From Nitrosococcus oceani ATCC 19707 (GTDB taxonomy: Bacteria; Pseudomonadota; Gammaproteobacteria; Nitrosococcales; Nitrosococcaceae): a stretch of DNA of 32,000 bases. The notes beneath the pieces were generated by a model. The model ran no database searches and was not told the origin of the DNA. It saw only the letters and a program-made list of their open reading frames with translations. The position numbers and the translations under genes were made by a program. Where the stretch lies: assembly GCF_000012805.1 (NCBI RefSeq), contig NC_007484.1:1080001-1112000 (forward strand). The letters run 5' to 3'. Shown one piece after another: positions 27,536 through 32,000 of this stretch (position 1 is its first letter; each line of letters opens with the position of its first letter).

Positions 27536-28075
27536 CTAAAAAGCTAAGGGTAGCGAATAGGTCAAAAGTATTTCGTTTTCGCCGGGATTATCATCATGGA
27601 GACCGGCGTTGGAGATATGAGAGAGGCGCACCCCAAGGCGGGAGTCGCCATCAAATTGATAGGCAAAAGTAATGGCGGTACGAAATTGAAAAATTCCTCC
27701 AAGATCTTTACTCCCGCCTTGGTGATATCCTCCCACGGTGGCGAGTGGGGTAACGATTAAACGTCGGTATTTGAGATCAGCATAAAAACCACCATAGCCG
27801 AAAACACCGCCGTCCGTATTCGCCATTATTCCCATAACGGGACCGATGAAAGATAGTTTCTTCCCATAACGGTATTCAATATAACCGGCAGCGGTGGGAT
27901 CATCACTAAAGTTAAAGGCGCCAGCCCCAAAGTCCAAGTAGCTTGGCTCATCGGCAAGAAATTCAATATCGCCCAGGCTGAACGCGGCAGACTGGGAATC
28001 TTCCGCTAGTGCAATATGGCCCCAAGCTAAGAAAGCCAGTATGGTCCCTATTATCTTTTTTGAGCATGCTTTCAT
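27536..28075 (-). CDS. outer-membrane acyloxyacyl hydrolase / lipid A 3-O-deacylase (PagL)-like beta-barrel
   Basis: Signal peptide (ILAFLAWGHIALA). Alternating beta-strand pattern. C-terminal H-I-S-N...E motif (SHISNAGLHDDNPGENE) resembles the PagL His-Ser-Glu catalytic arrangement. Terminal aromatic residue (F). Confidence 0.65.
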   Translation of the reverse strand: MKACSKKIIGTILAFLAWGHIALAEDSQSAAFSLGDIEFLADEPSYLDFGAGAFNFSDDPTAAGYIEYRYGKKLSFIGPVMGIMANTDGGVFGYGGFYADLKYRRLIVTPLATVGGYHQGGSKDLGGIFQFRTAITFAYQFDGDSRLGVRLSHISNAGLHDDNPGENEILLTYSLPLAF

Positions 28076-28472
28076 TTTTATTATCTCTCTTTAGGTTAAG
28101 CAAAAAGAAAGAAACCTGCAATGGTCCGCGGGTAATATTAATTGGCCAAAAAAACCATAAACTCACTTGAGTCATCTTGCTAAAGCGGGTAATAATTGGC
28201 TAACTATTTCTTATATTATAGTAATAACCTCTAAATCGGGATAGCTGTTGGTTGTCGCCGGGCGAGGCTTGCTTTTTGAAACGGCATAGATATGCTAATT
28301 TAGCTCTGCCGAATATTCACCTATCTGCTAGATGACCTAAAGTCGTTTAACAGAATAGTATTAGGCCCGGGAACAATGGAGAGTATTTATTTTCTTAAGT
28401 CTGGCATTCAGGATTTTGTATGTCAACCGTCCTCAGGATGCGACTGTAACAAGTAAAGAGGTTCACAATATA

Positions 28473-28925
28473 ATGGCTTTGAGTTGGTTAAAGGGTAAAT
28501 TTAATGAAGTCTCTACCAATCTGAAAAACGAGACGACGAAGATCAGGAATAAAGATTTCCTTGAAGGCGTAATTGCAGGCTGCACCCTGGTCGCCTATGC
28601 CGATGGGGTTGTCAAACCTGAAGAGAAGCAAAAAATGATGGGGTTTTTGCAGACATCGGAGGTATTGTCGGTTTTTGACACGGAGAATGTTATCAAGTTG
28701 TTTGAAAAGTTCTCTGCTCAATTCGAGTTTGATCCGGCTATTGGCGAAGCCAATGCACTTCAAGCGGTCAGTAAAGTCAAAAAGAAAGAAGGAGAAGCCC
28801 GACTTTTGGTACGGGTTTGTTGCGCAATTGGGGCATCGGACGGTGATTTTGACGACGCTGAAAGAAAAACGGTGAGCAAAATCTGCTCAGAACTGGGATT
28901 AAATCCCGCTGATTTTGATCTTTAA
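28473..28925 (+). CDS. terB: tellurite-resistance protein TerB
   Basis: Start trimmed to ATG 28473. The sequence ...FLEGVIAGCTLVAYADGVVKPEEKQKMMGFLQTSEVLSVFDTENVI...GASDGDFDDAERKTVSKICSELGLNPADFDL closely parallels enterobacterial TerB over its full length. Confidence 0.9.
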   Translation: MALSWLKGKFNEVSTNLKNETTKIRNKDFLEGVIAGCTLVAYADGVVKPEEKQKMMGFLQTSEVLSVFDTENVIKLFEKFSAQFEFDPAIGEANALQAVSKVKKKEGEARLLVRVCCAIGASDGDFDDAERKTVSKICSELGLNPADFDL

Positions 28926-28948
28926 GAAGACTGATAAAGGAGTAAATA

Positions 28949-29527
28949 ATGGCGGTAACCCTACAGAAAGGACAGAATGTATCCCTGAGCAAAGAAGCCC
29001 CCGGTCTAAAAGAGGTTGCGTTTGGGCTAGGGTGGGATGCTCGCTCTACCGATGGCACTGATTTTGATTTGGATGCTAGCGCGCTTATCTTAGGCGAAAG
29101 CGACAAGGTATTAAGTGATAACCATTTTGTTTTCTATAACAATGCGACTGATCCTAGCGGTGCCGTAACCCATACAGGTGACAATCGTACCGGCGAGGGA
29201 GAAGGGGATGATGAAAAAATCATTGTTGATGTTTCTAAAATGCCGGCAGAGGCAAAAAAAGTTGTTTTTGTCGTCACCATCCATGAGGCGGAGTCCCGCA
29301 ATCAAAATTTTGGCCAGGTAAGTAACGCGTTTATTCGTGCGATTAATAATGCTGACAATGCAGAGATTGCCCGTTATGATTTATCGGAGGATGCTAGTAT
29401 TGAAACGGCAATGATTTTCGGAGAATTTTACCGCCATGGCGAGGAATGGAAATTTAAGGCGGTGGGCCAGGGCTACGCGGGTGGATTAGCCGGCGTAGCC
29501 AGGGATTTTGGCGTCAATATTGGCTAA
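28949..29527 (+). CDS. terD: TerD-family stress protein
   Basis: AAGGAG lies 8 nt upstream of the [18 protein letters not shown]...[20 protein letters not shown]...[16 protein letters not shown]...[40 protein letters not shown] is near-canonical TerD. Confidence 0.92.
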   Translation: MAVTLQKGQNVSLSKEAPGLKEVAFGLGWDARSTDGTDFDLDASALILGESDKVLSDNHFVFYNNATDPSGAVTHTGDNRTGEGEGDDEKIIVDVSKMPAEAKKVVFVVTIHEAESRNQNFGQVSNAFIRAINNADNAEIARYDLSEDASIETAMIFGEFYRHGEEWKFKAVGQGYAGGLAGVARDFGVNIG

Positions 29528-29542
29528 GGATATCTATTGCGG

Positions 29543-29571
29543 GAGCGCGCTGGCGGATGGCCGGCGCGCTC
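29543..29571 (+). terminator. GC-rich stem-loop without U-tract (possible partial terminator or RNA-processing/stability element)
   Basis: GAGCGCGCTGGC-ggatg-GCCGGCGCGCTC forms a 12-bp stem with one G-U pair and a 5-nt loop. It starts 16 nt after the terD stop. It is followed by AACAGTAG, with no T-run. Confidence 0.35.
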
Positions 29572-29591
29572 AACAGTAGATGGACTACTGA

Positions 29592-30710
29592 ATGAGCCAT
29601 ACTATTCATCTTGCTGCGGGGACTTTGACCATTGAAGTCCACCAAGCCCTTCTTCCGCTGCATGATTTATTAGATTTTGCTAGCCGAATTAACCCCAAGC
29701 GCGGATATTTGTTTGTTTCCAAGGTGCTTGGCAAGCATATTCCCTGCCAGCCTTCGAGAATGCGGGATATTTACAATCGCTTAGCCCTGTCTCTTTTAGA
29801 GATACCCGGCCCCGCTATTTTTATCGGTATGGCTGAAACGGCTACGGGCTTGGGCGCTGGGGTTGCAGATAGTTTAGTTCGAAGAACACAGCGCTGTGAT
29901 ATTGTTTTCCAACACACAACCCGCCATAGCCTGCCGGTCAGCGAATGGATGCGTTTTGATGAAGCGCACAGCCATGCGCCTGAGCATATCCTCTATCTGC
30001 CTTTGCCGGTTTTTCGTGAACGATTCTCCCAAGCACAAACCTTGGTTCTTGTGGATGATGAAATCAGCACAGGGCGGACGCTGAGAGAGCTAAGCTACAG
30101 AGTGATACAAGCGTTACCCCATATTCGGCAAATTATGCTGGTGTCAATTGTCAATTGGCTTTCGCCCGCTCAAAAGCAGGTATTTCAAGAAAATGTTAAC
30201 CGGCCGGTGTCTTTTGTTAGTTTGTTAGAAGGCGTGTTTTCGTTTATTCCTAATTTGGAATTTAGCCCTTCCTTGCCAGGAAAAGCTAGGCTATTTCAGC
30301 CGGCGCGGCATGCTTGCCAGCAGACCGGCCGGCGGGGAATAGAGATAGGAGAAAAGTTCCAGGTGTCGAACGGTCCTTATCCAAAGGAGCGTAAGGTGTC
30401 TGTGGTGGGGACCGGTGAGTTTCAATTTCAACCTTTTTTATGGGCGGAGCAGCTGGAAAGAAAAGGCTTTGATGTTCTGTTTCAGAGCACTACCCGTTCC
30501 CCTATTCGGGTGGGCGGACCCATTGGCGAAAGTCTTAGCTTCAAAGATGAATATGGGGGAGGCATCCATACCTATCTTCATAATCCTCCTCGCGGCAGGG
30601 AAGTTATTATTGCCTACGAATTTGCCGAATTAGCACGTAATCACAATCTTCCGGAGCAGCTTGGTGGAAGTATTTGGGGAGCGGCTGCCAATACGGGATG
30701 GGATGGCTGA
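29592..30710 (+). CDS. Ter-associated phosphoribosyltransferase-domain protein (PRTase_2 + TRSP-like C-terminus)
   Basis: N-terminal ...INPKRGYLFVSKVLGKHIP... and the PRPP-binding loop LVLVDDEISTGRTL. The 372-aa architecture matches the PRTase found next to ter genes. The family call is from memory and not verified by HMM. Confidence 0.75.
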   Translation: MSHTIHLAAGTLTIEVHQALLPLHDLLDFASRINPKRGYLFVSKVLGKHIPCQPSRMRDIYNRLALSLLEIPGPAIFIGMAETATGLGAGVADSLVRRTQRCDIVFQHTTRHSLPVSEWMRFDEAHSHAPEHILYLPLPVFRERFSQAQTLVLVDDEISTGRTLRELSYRVIQALPHIRQIMLVSIVNWLSPAQKQVFQENVNRPVSFVSLLEGVFSFIPNLEFSPSLPGKARLFQPARHACQQTGRRGIEIGEKFQVSNGPYPKERKVSVVGTGEFQFQPFLWAEQLERKGFDVLFQSTTRSPIRVGGPIGESLSFKDEYGGGIHTYLHNPPRGREVIIAYEFAELARNHNLPEQLGGSIWGAAANTGWDG

Positions 30711-31454
30711 ATGGAGCGTTCCGTATTCATCTTTTCTGATCTAGATGATACTTTGTTGCAGACTCAACGCAAATGCGGGGTATCGGGTCCATTAACGGAG
30801 GCGGCGGTCGATAGAGAAGGCCGTCCCTTGTCTTTCCACTCCCAGGAACAATTATTGTTGTTGCGGCTCTTTAAAGCTTGCACTTTGATTCCCGTGACCG
30901 GACGCAATTTAGAGGCGTTGGGTCGAATTCGCTCACCCCTCTTTTCCAGCTATCGGGTCACTAGTCACGGTGCATTGGTTTGGGATGCCAATAATGCTTT
31001 AATCCCGGAGTGGGAGAGCACCATTAGGGGAGAGGCGCTGATTTGGGAACCGCGGATGCAACGTCTTCTTGCGGTAATGGAGGGCTATCAGCGGGCGGAG
31101 CAGGTAGAAAATTTGCGGTTTCGTATTATTTATGATGCACAGATACCTGTCTATCTTTCTATCAAGGGTAGCCCCGGACAGCTTTCAGCAGTCGAGGAGA
31201 TAGTGGCTCCAGTTTGGGTCCAGGAAATGGGAGGAAAATTTCACCGCAATGACCATAATATGGCGCTCCTTCCTCCTTATGCGGATAAGGGCAGGGCTGT
31301 GAAATACATCATGACGCTGATCCGCCAACGTTGTGAAGGGCCACCGTTATTTATTGGTATGGGTGACAGCTTGACCGATATTCCTTTCCTCCGTGCTTGC
31401 CATTACGCGCTTACACCGCAAAATAGTCAAATTCAACAGGAAGCTTGGATGTGA
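30711..31454 (+). CDS. HAD-superfamily phosphatase
   Basis: The ATG abuts the upstream TGA directly. HAD motif I FSDLDDTLL, motif II VTGR, motif IV GMGDSLTD. Confidence 0.8.
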   Translation: MERSVFIFSDLDDTLLQTQRKCGVSGPLTEAAVDREGRPLSFHSQEQLLLLRLFKACTLIPVTGRNLEALGRIRSPLFSSYRVTSHGALVWDANNALIPEWESTIRGEALIWEPRMQRLLAVMEGYQRAEQVENLRFRIIYDAQIPVYLSIKGSPGQLSAVEEIVAPVWVQEMGGKFHRNDHNMALLPPYADKGRAVKYIMTLIRQRCEGPPLFIGMGDSLTDIPFLRACHYALTPQNSQIQQEAWM

Positions 31455-32000
31455 GCCGGGCGGTGGATCGCCCCGTCGGGATTGAACCTGGGCTTTCTCC
31501 TATCACGGGAAGTTACCGCCAGGACGATTGCCAATTTTTATTGACTCCACTCCAAGCCGAATTCTTCTCCATCCAAGAGAAGGAACGCCTGATTCAATCG
31601 GGTGAGAAGCATTATTCGGAGATGATCAGCTTTGAATCACCGCCTAGCGAAGCTTATTTAACCTTATTCCGAAACTTAACCCAGCGCCATAAAGGCCGTT
31701 TGGCTGCCGAAGTGATGAGGCTGGCGCAGAGTATTGTTAATACTCGACTGGCGCCTATTACTCTGGTGTCGCTGGTTCGAGCGGGTACGCCCATCGGGGC
31801 TTTATTGCAACGGGCCTTGAGCCGTCACCTCCAAGTGGATTCCCGGCACTATTCCATTTCTATTATCCGAGATCGGGGAATTGATGAACAAGCTTTAAAA
31901 TTCTTATTAAGAGAACATCGGCGTCCGGCGGCGGGGGTGGTATTTGTGGATGCCTGGACGGCCAAAGGAGTCATCACCGAAGAGTTAAAACGGGCCATTG
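31451..32000 (+). CDS. StiP-like protein, N-terminal PRTase_1 domain (partial, runs off window)
   Basis: Not in the ORF track because it is open-ended. GTG at 31451 overlaps the HAD stop (ATGTGA). Translation VSRAVDRPVG...SYRQDDCQFLLTP...GEKHYSEMISFESPPSEAYL...LVSLVRAGTPIGALL...VVFVDAWTAKGVI resembles the N-terminus of the StiP family linked to ter clusters. The start could instead be GTG 31463. Confidence 0.65.
   Translation, partial: MSRAVDRPVGIEPGLSPITGSYRQDDCQFLLTPLQAEFFSIQEKERLIQSGEKHYSEMISFESPPSEAYLTLFRNLTQRHKGRLAAEVMRLAQSIVNTRLAPITLVSLVRAGTPIGALLQRALSRHLQVDSRHYSISIIRDRGIDEQALKFLLREHRRPAAGVVFVDAWTAKGVITEELKRAI

Noticed and set aside
28076-28472. Riboswitch upstream of the ter genes (for example yybP-ykoY Mn or c-di-GMP)
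   Set aside because: I could not find the conserved core sequences by eye, and there is no terC here, which is the usual Mn-riboswitch target. An Infernal scan is needed to exclude it properly.
1-32000. CRISPR arrays, tRNA/rRNA/tmRNA/RNase P genes, and long direct or inverted repeats
   Set aside because: I saw no regularly spaced repeats, no tRNA T-arm/acceptor patterns and no conserved RNase P or tmRNA cores on either strand. This was visual inspection only, so short or degenerate elements could have been missed.

Overview
The window reads as an ordinary bacterial chromosomal segment with about 27 intact protein-coding genes. I found no rRNA, tRNA or CRISPR array on either strand. By gene content and roughly 50% GC it looks gammaproteobacterial, possibly Nitrosococcus/Chromatiales-like, but that is impression only and no search was run.

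Left to right:
- 14-3031: an AT-rich trio of exported proteins, namely an alpha/beta hydrolase, an EF-hand protein and a small lipoprotein.
- 3198-4324: a multiply frameshifted rtcB pseudogene.
- 4585-7528: a plus-strand run of a geranylgeranyl-reductase-like flavoprotein, a divergent PRPP synthetase homologue and an SLT-like lipoprotein.
- 7614-8159: an exported MsrB that lacks the recycling cysteine.
- 8414-15212: a basic coiled-coil protein followed by an AddB-like Fe-S nuclease and an AddA-like helicase-nuclease.
- 15355-16194: a small ORF and a thioredoxin-fold protein.
- 16306-19926: a minus-strand run of two alpha/beta hydrolases and pyruvate kinase.
- 20150-23959: a second, paralogous coiled-coil protein, a SAM methyltransferase and a RecD2-like helicase.
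- 23960-25699: a 1.7-kb stretch of decayed genes holding a pstB relic and an IS630-like transposase relic.
- 25700-28075: a minus-strand trio of PagL-like, HpnA-like and EEP-family genes.
- 28473-32000: running off the right edge, a tightly coupled operon of terB, terD, a PRTase_2/TRSP protein, a HAD phosphatase and a StiP-like PRTase.

The last cluster is the best candidate for a poorly understood system. It matches the Ter-associated module predicted by comparative genomics to make a nucleoside-like metabolite, and as far as I know neither the product nor the mechanism has been established. It is truncated by the window, and I cannot show that it is novel. The other findings are gene decay, unusual variants of known families, or structural oddities. 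All of them need database or experimental confirmation.
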